DNA from: an uncultured Clostridia bacterium
GTDB lineage: Bacteria > Bacillota > Clostridia > TANB77 > CAG-508
NCBI GenBank assembly: GCA_963931445.1
Contig: OZ007016.1
Span: 129,546 to 193,545 of the forward strand
Length of the DNA stretch: 64,000 bases
Direction: 5' to 3'
Positions 30,517-43,965 of the stretch are shown one piece after another. A model generated the notes under the pieces. It worked only from the letters and a program-made list of their open reading frames with translations, did no database searches and had not been told where the DNA came from. Within the stretch, counting starts at the first letter, position 1, and every line of letters begins with the position of its first letter. The position numbers and the translations under genes were made by a program.

Positions 30517-30765
30517 ATGTATGTTCATATAGGAAAAGATGTAATAGTAAATTCAAAAAATATTATAGCTATACTAGATATAGAATCATTAGAAAAAAAG
30601 AAAAGTTTAAAAGAAGTATTACAAAATTTAAAAATAAGTGATAATATAATAGATGTATCTGAAGAAAATAAAAAATCTTTAATAATATTACAAAAAGATT
30701 GTAATATCATTGGGTATATAAGCAATATTTCTTCAAATACCATAGCAAAAAGAGCTAATAAATAA
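30517..30765 (+). CDS. remB: DUF370 protein (YaaB/RemB-like)
   Basis: An 82-aa ORF in the conserved recF-gyrB slot. DUF370-like sequence. Confidence 0.6.
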   Translation: MYVHIGKDVIVNSKNIIAILDIESLEKKKSLKEVLQNLKISDNIIDVSEENKKSLIILQKDCNIIGYISNISSNTIAKRANK

Positions 30766-30786
30766 AAAGACAATTAGGGAGGATAA

Positions 30787-32706
<1,920 letters not shown>

Positions 32707-32710
32707 ATAA

Positions 32711-32772
32711 AAAGAAAAGTAAATAAGAAAAATAAACATTAAAAAATAATTCTTATTTACTTTTCTTTTTGT
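32711..32772 (+). terminator. long AT-rich inverted repeat after gyrB (putative terminator)
   Basis: aaagaaaagtaaataagaa...ttcttatttacttttcttttt. Confidence 0.4.
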
Positions 32773-33134
32773 ATAAAAATGTCGAAAAAGAGAACACGAT
32801 TTTTCTTGAAATGACAATAAAAATGTGTTATAAAAATAATGAAAAAGGATTTTAGTTAAGTATGTTTTCTAATAATATCGAAATTTATATTATTCTTTTT
32901 GTTTTGACAATCTAACATAGAATAACTTTATAGGTTAAAGTTGTTAATTTCATATACAATAAACAATTATTTCAAAAAAATTATTTTCTATATTTTTTAT
33001 CAAAAAATTTGTTAAAAAAATAAATTAACTTAATTCTTGGATATAATATTAATTATTCGCCAAAAATAAAAAATCAAATAAATTTTAAATATTTAAATAA
33101 ATAATAAAAGACTATTTAAAAGGAGGAAAATAAA

Positions 33135-33707
33135 ATAAATAAAAAAAATAATAATTCTACTCAAAATTGGTTAAAAATAGATAAAATATTAGAAAATGGA
33201 ATAATAAAAACAAAAGAAAATAAATATTTAAAAATAATAAAAATAAGTCCAATTAATTTTAATTTAAAATCTGAATTAGAAAAAGAAGCTATTTTAAATT
33301 CATATAAATTATTTTTAAAAACTTGTAATTTTAATTTCCAAATTTTAATTCAAAGTAATAAAGAAGATTTATCAAATTATTTTTCTAAAATAAAAAGTAA
33401 TTCTGTACTAGAAGAAAAAAATATTCAAGAGATATCAAATAAATATATAGAATATGTAAAAAAATTAAATAATAGTAAAAAGTCATCTTCAAAAAATTAT
33501 TATATTATTATAGATTATAATAATAGCAATAATGAAACATTAGATATTCAATCTCATGCTATTGAAAATTTAAATAATAAGTATTTTAAAATAAAAGATG
33601 GATTATCAAGATGTGGGAATATAGCAGTAGATATAAATGATCAAGAACAAATAAAAAATATATTATTTTCTTTTTTTAATACCAGAATTTATTTTAATAA
33701 CAAATAA
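33135..33707 (+). CDS. VirB4/TrsE/TcpF-like conjugative ATPase, N-terminal fragment (190 aa). No ATG in frame. ATA at 33135 lies 8 nt after SD aggagg.
   Basis: Hand translation ...NKKNNNSTQNWLKIDKILENGIIKTKENKYLKIIKISPINFNLKSELEKEAILNSYKLFLKTCNFNFQILIQ... is the typical VirB4 N-terminus. Absent from the ORF track because it has no canonical start. Same reading frame as the C-terminal part. Confidence 0.5.
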   Translation: MNKKNNNSTQNWLKIDKILENGIIKTKENKYLKIIKISPINFNLKSELEKEAILNSYKLFLKTCNFNFQILIQSNKEDLSNYFSKIKSNSVLEEKNIQEISNKYIEYVKKLNNSKKSSSKNYYIIIDYNNSNNETLDIQSHAIENLNNKYFKIKDGLSRCGNIAVDINDQEQIKNILFSFFNTRIYFNNK

Positions 33708-33881
33708 AAAATTATATATAAAAAATAATATTAAATAAATTATTTATTAAATATTATTTTATTAAATAATAAAATAAAAATATTAAATAAATAATATTAA
33801 AAATAAAATAAAAAATAATAATAAAAGGTTTATAGATATACCCATTATAAAAAATCTAAATATATAATATAAGGTAAATAA

Positions 33882-35696
33882 ATGAATAAAAAAAATAAAC
33901 AAAAATTAAATTTTTTAGAAGGAACAGTTTCTAATAATGATTTTTTAGCACCATCATATATCAATTTATCTAATCCAAAATATATAGAAATAGATAATGT
34001 TTATTTTTCATCAATTTTAATAATAAATTATTACAGAGAACAAAATGAATTGATATTAAAATCACTTATAGATACCAATATAGATATAAATATTTCTATT
34101 TTTTATGAAAAACAAGATAATTATAAAGCAATAAGAGAATTAACATATCATATAGGAAATGTTGGTGCAGATTTAAAAACAAGTAATCAAAATAAACAAA
34201 ATATAGATATTGTAGCTTTTACATATAATGATGCTAAATATATTAGAAAAGAATTACAAATAAATAATGAGGATTTATATTATTTATACATTTATATTAA
34301 TACATACTCACAAGATTTAAAGGAATTAGAAAATACACTAAACAAAATTGAAGGAATATTAGAAGGTAGAGGACTAAATATTAGAAGAGCATATTTTAGA
34401 CAAGAGCAAGCATATAAAGCTTGTTTGCCATTAATGGAAAATAATAAAATTTTAAAAGAAGTTGCTAAAAGGAATGTATTAACAAGCGGACTTATTTCCA
34501 CATATCCTTTTAGTTCTTCAGCAATTTTTGATGAAAATGGAATATTTAGTGGAATAAATATATACAATAATTCATTAATATTTATTGATAGATACAATAC
34601 TCAAAAATACAAAAATGCAAATATGTGTATTTTTGGTACATCAGGTGCTGGAAAATCTTTTTATACAAAATTATTGATTTTAAGATATAGATTATTAGGA
34701 ATAGAGCAATATATTATAGATCCAGAAAGAGAGTATAACAATTTATGTAAAAATTTAAATGGAGCACTTTTAAAAATAGGCCCTAGTTCTAATACTTATA
34801 TAAATATATTTGATATAAGAAAAGAAAGTTTAGAAGATGAAGAACAAGGTTATTTAGCAAATAAAATTAGTAAATTAATGGGCTTTTTTAATCTTATTTT
34901 TGGAAAAATAAATGAAGAAGAAAGGGCTATTTTAGAAGAAAAAATAATAGAATTATATGAAATTAAAAATATTAACTTTGATGATAAAAGTCTATATAAA
35001 GAGGTAAATTATAGTACAGGAATAGAACTTATTTTTAAAGAAAGTAGAGATATGCCAATTTTAGAAGACTTTTATAATATTTTAGATAAAGATGAAAAAA
35101 CAAAAATATTTAAAATAAAATTAATACCATTTATAAAAGGGTCACTAAAATTTTTTAATAATTACACAAATATAGAATTAAATAATAAATTAATTGTTGC
35201 TGATGTATATGAATTAGGAGAAGAAAATTTAAAATATGGCATGTATTTATTTACGGATTTATTTTGGGACAAAATAAAAAAAGATAGAAAAATAAAAAAA
35301 GCTATTTATTTAGATGAAATATGGAGACTAATTGGCGTAACTTCGAATAAAGATGTTGCAAGTTTTATATATAAAATATTTAAAACTATTAGAAAATATG
35401 GTGGTAGTAGTGTTGCAATAACGCAGGATATATCTGATATTTTCAGTTTAGAAAATGGAAGTTATGGAAAAAGTATTTTAAATAATTCTAGTATAAAAAC
35501 TTTTTTTGCATTAGAAGAAGAAAATATAAAAATATTGGAAAAATACACTAATTTATCAGAAAAAGAGAAAATAGAAATCAAATCTTTAAAAAGAGGAGAG
35601 TGTCTGACATTTGTAGGAGATGAACATATTTTAAATAGAATTTGTGTAGCAGATTTTGAAAGAGAAATAATAGAAAATAAAAATAATAGTATATAA
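33882..35696 (+). CDS. VirB4/TrsE-like conjugative transfer ATPase, C-terminal two-thirds (604 aa)
   Basis: Walker A GTSGAGKS, IIDPEREY and the Walker B region AIYLDEIW. Confidence 0.7.
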   Translation: MNKKNKQKLNFLEGTVSNNDFLAPSYINLSNPKYIEIDNVYFSSILIINYYREQNELILKSLIDTNIDINISIFYEKQDNYKAIRELTYHIGNVGADLKTSNQNKQNIDIVAFTYNDAKYIRKELQINNEDLYYLYIYINTYSQDLKELENTLNKIEGILEGRGLNIRRAYFRQEQAYKACLPLMENNKILKEVAKRNVLTSGLISTYPFSSSAIFDENGIFSGINIYNNSLIFIDRYNTQKYKNANMCIFGTSGAGKSFYTKLLILRYRLLGIEQYIIDPEREYNNLCKNLNGALLKIGPSSNTYINIFDIRKESLEDEEQGYLANKISKLMGFFNLIFGKINEEERAILEEKIIELYEIKNINFDDKSLYKEVNYSTGIELIFKESRDMPILEDFYNILDKDEKTKIFKIKLIPFIKGSLKFFNNYTNIELNNKLIVADVYELGEENLKYGMYLFTDLFWDKIKKDRKIKKAIYLDEIWRLIGVTSNKDVASFIYKIFKTIRKYGGSSVAITQDISDIFSLENGSYGKSILNNSSIKTFFALEEENIKILEKYTNLSEKEKIEIKSLKRGECLTFVGDEHILNRICVADFEREIIENKNNSI

Positions 35697-35807
35697 ATGT
35701 TAATTAAAAAATTTTATTTTTTAATATAATGGAAGTTAATATAATATAATACAGAATAATGTCAAATATAAAAAATATTTTACATTAAAAGAAAGGGTGA
35801 AATTAAT

Positions 35808-37067
35808 ATAATAAAAATAATAACAGCAATAGGTGATGAGAATTTAAATAATAATTTAAAAAAACAAAAAAATATAGAAATTATTTTAAAAGATATTCCA
35901 TATAAAGAAGGAATAATTGAAGTATTAGAAAAATATTCTGAAGTTGATTATATAATATTAAATTATATGTTACAGGGAGAAATTGAAATTGAAGAATTAA
36001 TAAAAAAAATAAATTTAATTAATAAAAATATTAAAGTTATTTTAATTATAAATAAAATAGATGAAAAAATGGAAAAAATATTATACGAAAATAAAATATA
36101 TAAAATAATAAATAATAATCAAATAGAAGAATTAATTGAGATATTAAATTATAATAATGAAAACTTAAAAGAAGTAAATTTTATGAATAATATTCATGAA
36201 AATAATTTGAAAAAACAAAAAAATAAAAAATTAACAAAGAAAAATAAATATATAATTAAAAAAAATATTTTAAAAGATAAAATAATAATAGTAAAAACAA
36301 AAATAAAAAATATATTAATAAATAATATTAGAGAAAAAAATAAATTAAAAGATATTTTAAATAAAAAATTAAACAATAAAACCATTTGCATTACAGGCCC
36401 CCCATCTGTTGGAAAAAGTATAATATCTATAAATTTAGCAAAAATAAATATTTATTCAAAAAATAAAATTTTAATAGTTGATCTAGATTTTATAAATAAT
36501 TCTGTTAATACCATTCTGGGTATAAAAAATATTCCAAAAAATAAAAAAGAAATAAATAGTTTTATTAATATAATAAAAATAAATAAAAAAATTGATTTAT
36601 TATATTTAATAAAAACAAAAGAAAATAATAATTTAAAAATTAAAGATTTAATAAACATTATAAATGATTTAAAAAATGTATACGAATATATTATCATTGA
36701 TACCAATTCAATAGAATTAATTTATTATATGAAATATATTATACAAATAAGTGATTTTTGTTTATTTATTTCAGATGTTAATTTATTAGAGATAAATAAA
36801 TCTATTAAATTATTAGATAAATATATAAATTTTTTTAATATAAATAAAAATAAAATTAATATTATTTTTAATAAATATAATAAAGAAGCAATTAATTATA
36901 ATTTATTAAAAATAATATTTAGCGAATTTAAAATAATTGGAAAAATTAATTATAATGAAAAATATAACAAATTAATTAATAAAAATAATAAACTTAATTT
37001 AATAAATAAAAAAATAAGAAAAGAATATTTAAAAATTAATAATAAAATAAAAAAATTAAATATATAA
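35808..37067 (+). CDS. CpaE/ParA/MinD-like P-loop ATPase with a receiver-like N-terminal domain. Extremely Lys/Asn/Ile-rich. The tool ORF opens at ATG 35967. The in-frame ORF opens at 35772, with ATA at 35808 lying 7 nt after SD aagggtga.
   Basis: Upstream in-frame translation IIKIITAIGDENL...ILKDIPYKEGIIEVLEKYSEVDYIILNYMLQGE has no stop. P-loop ICITGPPSVGKSIISINLA and IIDTNS. Confidence 0.4.
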   Translation: MIKIITAIGDENLNNNLKKQKNIEIILKDIPYKEGIIEVLEKYSEVDYIILNYMLQGEIEIEELIKKINLINKNIKVILIINKIDEKMEKILYENKIYKIINNNQIEELIEILNYNNENLKEVNFMNNIHENNLKKQKNKKLTKKNKYIIKKNILKDKIIIVKTKIKNILINNIREKNKLKDILNKKLNNKTICITGPPSVGKSIISINLAKINIYSKNKILIVDLDFINNSVNTILGIKNIPKNKKEINSFINIIKINKKIDLLYLIKTKENNNLKIKDLINIINDLKNVYEYIIIDTNSIELIYYMKYIIQISDFCLFISDVNLLEINKSIKLLDKYINFFNINKNKINIIFNKYNKEAINYNLLKIIFSEFKIIGKINYNEKYNKLINKNNKLNLINKKIRKEYLKINNKIKKLNI

Positions 37068-37137
37068 AAAATATTTAGTATATTTAACTATTCTATATAA
37101 AATAAATAAATTTAATATAAAAGGAAGGATGATAAAT

Positions 37138-37857
37138 ATGGATCTAGAAAATATAGTTAATTTAAATAAAAATATAAATGAAAATTCCATAAGTCAGGAG
37201 CAAAATAATTTTTTAGAATCTAATTTAGGAAAAATAATAAATTCTGCTTTAGATGTTGGTTTAAGAATGATACTTCCAAATTTTGTAGAAGAAAGTGTTG
37301 TGGAAATTAAGGATACATTTTTAAAAAATGGTTTTAAAGAAGGTATTGGTACAGCAATAAATAATGCAATTAATTTAGGTAAAAGTATTTTGGGAATATT
37401 TACAGGAGAATTTGATAATATTTCTCAAGCAAGAGATGCAATTAAAAGTGGAGGAATAATAGATGGAATATCAAATTTATTAGATTCTATATTACAAAAA
37501 ACAAGTTCATCAGGGTTAATAACTAATAATGTTGCTAGAATGATAAGTAGTGGAAAAAATGCAATATTAGATAGTATAAGCAATAAAATAGAAAACGAGT
37601 TTACAAGTCAGATAGATGGAATTGAAAAATTGGCAAAATATGAAAGCAATTGGAAAGAATATTTTAATAACAAAGACTTTATTGGAATGGAAAGAGAGTA
37701 TGAAAAAATTCAAGAAAAATTAAAGGAAATAATGCCATTAGAAAATACAATAAAACAAGCTAGAGTAATAGAAAATTTACATACTTTAATTAAGAATAAT
37801 AATCAAAATTTTAACTTAACAAAAGAACAAGAAGAATTAGCTAATTTATTAGTATGA
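37138..37857 (+). CDS. hypothetical protein (mobile-element associated)
   Basis: An ORF following SD aaggaagga. No recognisable family. Confidence 0.4.
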   Translation: MDLENIVNLNKNINENSISQEQNNFLESNLGKIINSALDVGLRMILPNFVEESVVEIKDTFLKNGFKEGIGTAINNAINLGKSILGIFTGEFDNISQARDAIKSGGIIDGISNLLDSILQKTSSSGLITNNVARMISSGKNAILDSISNKIENEFTSQIDGIEKLAKYESNWKEYFNNKDFIGMEREYEKIQEKLKEIMPLENTIKQARVIENLHTLIKNNNQNFNLTKEQEELANLLV

Positions 37858-37994
37858 TAGATATTTAATATTAGCTAAAATATATGCTGGCAATTGTATA
37901 AAAATATTGATTTTTACTTGCAAATTTTTGTGTATTTATAGTATAATACAGAGGTAAAATAAATTACGGAAATAGAAAGGACGGAATAATAAAA

Positions 37995-40433
37995 ATGGAA
38001 GAAAATGAAGGAAAAATTATAGAAAGAAATATTGAAACAGAAATGAAAACTTCATATATTGATTATGCTATGAGTGTTATTGTTTCAAGAGCACTTCCAG
38101 ATGTAAGAGATGGTTTGAAACCAGTACATAGAAGAATTTTATATGCTATGTATGAAGATGGAATAACATCAGATAAACCATTCAGAAAAAGTGCTAATAC
38201 TGTTGGTTCAGTACTTGGTAGATATCATCCACATGGAGATGCCTCTGTTTATGATGCTATGGTAAGAATGGCACAAGATTTTTCACTTAGATATCCACTA
38301 ATAGATGGACATGGAAATTTTGGATCAGTTGATGGGGATTCAGCTGCAGCCATGAGGTATACTGAAGCAAGAATGTCAAAAATATCTGAAACAATGCTTG
38401 AAGATATTGAAAAAAATACAGTTGATTTTATGCCAAACTATGATGATAGATTACAAGAACCACAAGTATTACCATCTAAAATACCAACTCTTTTAATAAA
38501 TGGTTCATCAGGTATTGCAGTTGGTATGGCAACAAATATACCACCACATAATTTAACTGAAGTTATAAATGGTATAATAAAAATTATTGATGATGACAAT
38601 GTGACAGACGAGCAATTGATGGGAATTATAAAAGGTCCAGATTTCCCAACAGAAGGATTAATATTAGGAAGAGATGGAATTAAGGAAGCTTATACCACAG
38701 GAAAAGGAAAAATAATAATGCGAGCTGAAGCAGAAATAGAAGAGATGAGTGGAAATAAGCAAAGAATAATTGTAAAATCATTACCATATCAAGTGAATAA
38801 AGCCAAATTAGTTGAAAACATAGCTAATTTAGTAAAAGAGAAAAAAGTGGAAGGAATTTCTGAAGTTAGAGATGAATCTGATAGAGAAGAAAAGGTAAGA
38901 GTGGTAATAGAATTAAAAAGAGATGTAAATGCACAAGTTATATTAAATCAATTATTTAAATTTACTCAAATGCAAGAAACCTTTGGTGTTATAATGCTTG
39001 CATTAGTAAATGGAGAACCTAAAATATTAACATTAAGACAATGCTTAGATAACTATATAGATCATAGAAAAAGTGTAATTCTTCGTAGAACACAATTTGA
39101 TTTAGACAAAGCATTAGCTAGAGCTCACATATTAGAAGGATTAAAAATTGCTTTAGACAATATAGACGAAGTTATTGAAATTATAAGAAATTCTTATGAT
39201 GATGCAAAAGAAAGATTAATGGAAAGATTTGGACTTTCCGATATACAAGCTCAAGCAATACTAGATATGAGGTTAAAAACTTTATCTGGTTTGCAAAGAG
39301 AAAAAATAGAAGAAGAATATGCAGAATTAATGAAATTAATTGAGCACTTAAGAGCAATACTTGCAAGTGATAAGTTAGTATATGATATTATTAAAGAAGA
39401 ATTATTAGAGATTAAAGATAAATATGGTGATGAAAGAAAAACAAAAATAGTTGCAGCAGAAGGAGAATTTGAAGTTGAAGATTTGATAAAAGAAGAACAA
39501 TGTGTTGTTGCTTTAACTCATTTTGGTTATATAAAAAGAATGCCTATAGATACATATAAAAGTCAAAAAAGAGGAGGAAAAGGAATAACAGGAATAGCAA
39601 CTAGAGAAGAAGATTTTGTAAAACAAATTTTTACAGCATCAACTCATGATACTATATTATTCTTTAGTAATAAAGGAAAAGTTTATAGACTAAGAGGTTA
39701 TGAAATACCAGAAGCTGGTAGAACAGCTAAAGGAACAGCTATTGTAAATCTATTGATGTTAGACGGAGGAGAGAAAATTTCAGCAGTTATACCTATTGCA
39801 AATTTTGCAGATGGCAAATATTTATTAATGGGAACTAAAAATGGAATTATAAAAAAGACAGCATTAAATGAATATATGTCAGTTAGAAAATCTGGTTTAA
39901 TAGGAATAACATTAAAAGAAAATGATGAATTAATAGATGTAAGATTAACTGATGGAGAAGATAATGTAGTTCTTGTTACATATAAGGGTATGTGTATAAC
40001 ATTTGATGAAAAAGATGTAAGACCAATGGGAAGAGTATCACAAGGTGTAATAGGAATTAAGTTAGATGAAGATGACTTAGTTATAGGAATGGAATCAATA
40101 ATACAAGGAAGTAAAGCTACACTTCTTGCAATAACTGAAAATGGATTTGGAAAAAGAACTGAACTTGATGAATATAGAGTTCAAACTAGAGGAGGAAAAG
40201 GAGTAATAACATATAAAGTAACTCCTAAAACTGGTAATTTAGTTGGAATAAGAATTGCTACTGATAATGAAGATGTAATGTTAATTACTGATACAGGAAC
40301 AATTATAAGGCTTAATGTATCAGATATTAGTATTTTAGGAAGATCAACACAAGGTGTAACATTAATGAGAACTAATGAAGGAAAAGTAGTTAGTATAGAA
40401 ACAATTCCAATGGATGAAAAATCAGAAGAATAA
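37995..40433 (+). CDS. gyrA: DNA gyrase subunit A
   Basis: [10 protein letters not shown] active-site region, 812 aa. Confidence 0.97.
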   Translation: MEENEGKIIERNIETEMKTSYIDYAMSVIVSRALPDVRDGLKPVHRRILYAMYEDGITSDKPFRKSANTVGSVLGRYHPHGDASVYDAMVRMAQDFSLRYPLIDGHGNFGSVDGDSAAAMRYTEARMSKISETMLEDIEKNTVDFMPNYDDRLQEPQVLPSKIPTLLINGSSGIAVGMATNIPPHNLTEVINGIIKIIDDDNVTDEQLMGIIKGPDFPTEGLILGRDGIKEAYTTGKGKIIMRAEAEIEEMSGNKQRIIVKSLPYQVNKAKLVENIANLVKEKKVEGISEVRDESDREEKVRVVIELKRDVNAQVILNQLFKFTQMQETFGVIMLALVNGEPKILTLRQCLDNYIDHRKSVILRRTQFDLDKALARAHILEGLKIALDNIDEVIEIIRNSYDDAKERLMERFGLSDIQAQAILDMRLKTLSGLQREKIEEEYAELMKLIEHLRAILASDKLVYDIIKEELLEIKDKYGDERKTKIVAAEGEFEVEDLIKEEQCVVALTHFGYIKRMPIDTYKSQKRGGKGITGIATREEDFVKQIFTASTHDTILFFSNKGKVYRLRGYEIPEAGRTAKGTAIVNLLMLDGGEKISAVIPIANFADGKYLLMGTKNGIIKKTALNEYMSVRKSGLIGITLKENDELIDVRLTDGEDNVVLVTYKGMCITFDEKDVRPMGRVSQGVIGIKLDEDDLVIGMESIIQGSKATLLAITENGFGKRTELDEYRVQTRGGKGVITYKVTPKTGNLVGIRIATDNEDVMLITDTGTIIRLNVSDISILGRSTQGVTLMRTNEGKVVSIETIPMDEKSEE

Positions 40434-40580
40434 GAAAAGTGGCTTCGCTACATGAGCGTTTTGCTTCGCAAATACGCTCAGACCAAGGAAACTTAACCTT
40501 GTTGTATAGGAAAAATTGTCAAGAATACTGAGATATCAAGTGAAAAGTCGATTTTACCTATACAATAAAAAACAAAAAAG
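40434..40580 (+). repeat. structured intergenic repeat, copy D (full length)
   Basis: gagcgttttgcttcgcaaatacgctc hairpin + ccaaggaaacttaaccttgttgtatagg + aaaaattgtcaag...actgagatatcaag...aaaagtcgatttta-cctatacaa. Confidence 0.7.
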
Positions 40581-40589
40581 TGAAAATTT

Positions 40590-41621
40590 TTAATTTTCAC
40601 TTTTTTTCTTAAATCTTATATCATCACCAAAGAAATAACAAATATCATAATTTCCAACTAACCTAGAAACTATTCTTTCATCATAATTTGAATATAGATT
40701 TTTTAAGCTTAAATTAGTAGATATAATAGTTTTTGTAATTTTAGTTTGATTTAGTAATCTAGTATTAATAATATTAAACAATTCTGTAAATTTCATATTA
40801 TTTATGCATTCGGTTCCTAAATCATCTATTATTAATAAATCTACTGTAAGAATACTTTCTAAAATATTAGAATCTCTATTTTTACCAAACCTATAATCAA
40901 TTATTGAATCAAGCATAACTGGAGCAGTTTGATATAATACATTTTTACCATTTTTTATAATTTCATTTGCAATACAACTAGATAAAAATGTTTTGCCAAG
41001 TCCAGTATTTCCAGTAAATAAGAGATTTTTTTGAGATGGATTTTCAAAATTTTTAATAAAATTTAAGCATATGTTTTTTATTAAATTAATATTTTCTCTT
41101 GGAGATATATTTGTATGATACTTATTTTCATTAATTTCATTAGAATAATATAACTCACAAAAATTATCAAAATTTTGAGTATTTAAATTTGAAATATTTG
41201 ACATATTATATTGTTCATCATAAAGTTTTTGCTTTAAGCAACTACACATTGATGTTGTATAATTGCTATTAGTTATGTACCCAGTATCTTTACAAATATT
41301 ACATTCATAATGTGGTTCAAAAAAATTAGGTGCAATATTTATAGATTTTAATATTTTATTTTTTTCTTTTTTTAATTTATCGATATTTATAGTTAATTCA
41401 TCTAATAAATCTTTATTATTATTATTTATTAGAGATTTTGTTGTAGAAATAGCAAGAAAAGTTAATTTATTATCTATTTCAGTAAGTTGAGGATATTTTT
41501 TATATATTTCTTGCTTTCTAATTTCGGCATCATATTCAGCACTTGTTTTTTTCTTATTATATTGTAATAATATATTTTTTAATACAGTGTCCGCCATTAA
41601 AATTTTATATGATATAATCAT
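40590..41621 (-). CDS. DnaC/DnaI/IstB-like helicase-loader ATPase with an N-terminal Cys4 zinc motif (mobile-element replication module)
   Basis: Walker A LLFTGNTGLGKTFLS. Walker B LLIIDDLG. CNICKDTGY...CSC. Confidence 0.7.
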   Translation of the reverse strand: MIISYKILMADTVLKNILLQYNKKKTSAEYDAEIRKQEIYKKYPQLTEIDNKLTFLAISTTKSLINNNNKDLLDELTINIDKLKKEKNKILKSINIAPNFFEPHYECNICKDTGYITNSNYTTSMCSCLKQKLYDEQYNMSNISNLNTQNFDNFCELYYSNEINENKYHTNISPRENINLIKNICLNFIKNFENPSQKNLLFTGNTGLGKTFLSSCIANEIIKNGKNVLYQTAPVMLDSIIDYRFGKNRDSNILESILTVDLLIIDDLGTECINNMKFTELFNIINTRLLNQTKITKTIISTNLSLKNLYSNYDERIVSRLVGNYDICYFFGDDIRFKKKSEN

Positions 41622-41657
41622 TAATTAAATATATCATATTCTCCTTTCTTTAAATAA

Positions 41658-42629
41658 TTAATTATTTTTTAAATTTGCATATAAATTATCTAAATTACTA
41701 TATGATCTTTGATCATATTTATCATAAGTAGATTGTTTTTCTAATTTTTTAATATTTTTATTTTTTTCTTTCATTTCGGACAAAAATTCTTGAACATCAC
41801 TAGAAGTTTTAAATCCTCTATCATGCCAATCTGTTAATAATTTATCTAAATAATCAAAAGTAGGATTTACTTTTGATGTAGTTCTTTTTAATGCAATTTC
41901 TATTATATCCATTCCAAAACCATAATCGATAATCCACTTTTCTATATAACCATATTCATATTGAGTAAGATTTCTATTTATACCCAGCTTTTTAGCTATG
42001 GTTTTAGCAATTATATTTATTTTTTCTTGTTTCTCATAATATAAATCTAAATCATTAAAAGTTTTAATATTGTTTTTATTCCATGCTTCTGCAACTGTTT
42101 GAACATAATTTTTATGCAAAGCAGACTTATCAAAACAGTAACCAAATAAAGCAATCATAACTTCTTCATCAAAAGAATATTTTTTAAACCAAAGTTCAAT
42201 TTCAGGATACCAAGTAGTAGGCATTAATCCAGAAAAATATTTATTATTTATAAAATCAATAGCTTTAGCCTTTTTTTGATTTTCTGCAGTTTTTTGTAAT
42301 TGTTCTGCAGAAAGCGCAGTTTTAGGTTTATATAATTTATACAATTCTATTTCTTGAATACTGTTAACAACATAACCAGTATTTTTTTTAGTAATTAAAG
42401 ATTTATCTTCCCAGTACTTTATAGCATCTTGAATGATTTTAACTGGCAATACAAGCTTTTTTGATAAATCATTAATTTTTATATCTTTGTTATATTTAGA
42501 CAAAAATACTATATATAAATATACTTTTATAAAATCACCACTTGATTCTGATAAATATTCAGAGAAAAATATATCTGGTAATTGTGTATTTGAAAAAAGT
42601 AATGATAAATCGTTGCTTTCTAATTTCAT
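41658..42629 (-). CDS. DnaD-domain replication initiation/primosome protein. The tool ORF opens at 42662; start taken at MKLESNDLS, which follows SD aagggggaa.
   Basis: DnaD-like C-terminal region and adjacency to the DnaC-like gene. Confidence 0.55.
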   Translation of the reverse strand: MKLESNDLSLLFSNTQLPDIFFSEYLSESSGDFIKVYLYIVFLSKYNKDIKINDLSKKLVLPVKIIQDAIKYWEDKSLITKKNTGYVVNSIQEIELYKLYKPKTALSAEQLQKTAENQKKAKAIDFINNKYFSGLMPTTWYPEIELWFKKYSFDEEVMIALFGYCFDKSALHKNYVQTVAEAWNKNNIKTFNDLDLYYEKQEKINIIAKTIAKKLGINRNLTQYEYGYIEKWIIDYGFGMDIIEIALKRTTSKVNPTFDYLDKLLTDWHDRGFKTSSDVQEFLSEMKEKNKNIKKLEKQSTYDKYDQRSYSNLDNLYANLKNN

Positions 42630-42766
42630 GTAAAATTCCCCCTTATAAAAGTATGAAAACAATTATACCATTATATAAGAAAAATTACAATTGGAAAATA
42701 ATTAAAATAAAATAGAAAAAAATAGTAAAATGTAGAAAAAAGAATAAAAATAGATAAATTTAAAAA

Positions 42767-43060
42767 TTAATATTTTTTAAACAAATATATTTTAGGGGAT
42801 ATTATATATTTAAATAAATATATAATAATATATAAAATTTTTTCATGATTAAATCCTATTATGCTTAATAAGAAAAAAGGAAAAAATAAAATAATAAATA
42901 AAATGATTTTTAAGGTTATATTTGGAATAATAAAGTGTATAAATAAAAAAATAATTAATCCCCATAAAATATTTAAAATTAAAGTTGAATAATCAATAAA
43001 TCCAAATAATTTATTATTAAAATTGTAGTTTTGCGGAAATATAAATTTCATAATAAACAT
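42767..43060 (-). CDS. small integral membrane protein (VirB3/PrgI-like position in a T4SS module)
   Basis: 97 aa with 2-3 TM segments. Overlaps the stop of the upstream membrane gene. Confidence 0.4.
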   Translation of the reverse strand: MFIMKFIFPQNYNFNNKLFGFIDYSTLILNILWGLIIFLFIHFIIPNITLKIILFIILFFPFFLLSIIGFNHEKILYIIIYLFKYIISPKIYLFKKY

Positions 43061-43950
43061 TAACCTCCTTTCATTAATTTAAAATTTTGTGTAATTTCTG
43101 TTGAAATACCGCCTATAAAATGTTGTACATAAGAATTAGCTTTAATTAGAGCATATAAAGATCCAATACATAATATTTTAGAAAAAATATCTGAAGAAGA
43201 AAAATCCATGGAGAAAATAATTAATAATATAATTGATATAAATGGTTGAATAAAAAGTAAAGATAAGAATACTTTTAACCAAGATTTAAAAAACCAGGAA
43301 CTAGAATTATTTATTAGTGATAAAAAAGCAAATGGAATTAACAAAATAGTAACTTTTATCATTATATATCTTAAAGAATACGTAAATAGTAAATTTATAA
43401 AACTAAAAGAAATAATACTCCTTAAAATTCCATCAAATGAAAAAACATTTATAGAAGAGGAATTTATAGTAATTATTTTGTTTAAATTTTCTACTAATGA
43501 AGAAAAAGAAATATTTGTATTAAAAATGGATTTTCCAATTTCTATAATTATATCAGATATTAAAGAATTAAAATATATAATAAATTTACAAATAAAATAA
43601 GAAAAATTAATAAATATTCCAAAAATTAATAATTTAAAAATAAATTGATAAGGATTTTCAATAGAAATTCCTGTGAAATGAGAATAAATTAATTTAAAAC
43701 AATAATATAAACATACAGCAATTAATAAAGAATTAGCAATTAGTAAAATACCATTATTAGAATTATTTCCAAAAATTTTAGAAAAAATAGAATTTTCCAA
43801 TATATTTGTATTTATAAATGTTATCTTATCTAAAGTTTCATAAATACTATTGTCTATTGATGAAAATAGAGAATTTAATAAATTATTTATTGTATCTATT
43901 ATTAATTGTGAAATATTATTAATTTCTGATATAGAAATATTATTTTCCAA
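43060..43950 (-). CDS. polytopic membrane protein (VirB6/TrbL/TcpH-like T4SS channel component). TTG start.
   Basis: 296 aa with multiple TM segments, between the small membrane genes and downstream of the coupling protein. Confidence 0.4.
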   Translation of the reverse strand: MENNISISEINNISQLIIDTINNLLNSLFSSIDNSIYETLDKITFINTNILENSIFSKIFGNNSNNGILLIANSLLIAVCLYYCFKLIYSHFTGISIENPYQFIFKLLIFGIFINFSYFICKFIIYFNSLISDIIIEIGKSIFNTNISFSSLVENLNKIITINSSSINVFSFDGILRSIISFSFINLLFTYSLRYIMIKVTILLIPFAFLSLINNSSSWFFKSWLKVFLSLLFIQPFISIILLIIFSMDFSSSDIFSKILCIGSLYALIKANSYVQHFIGGISTEITQNFKLMKGG

Positions 43951-43965
43951 ATATACCTCCTAAAA

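Noticed and set aside
32707-33120. Possible small ORF MSKKRTRFFLK in the gyrB-VirB4 spacer
   Set aside because: Only 11 codons, with no SD and no similarity to anything. It was treated as noncoding.
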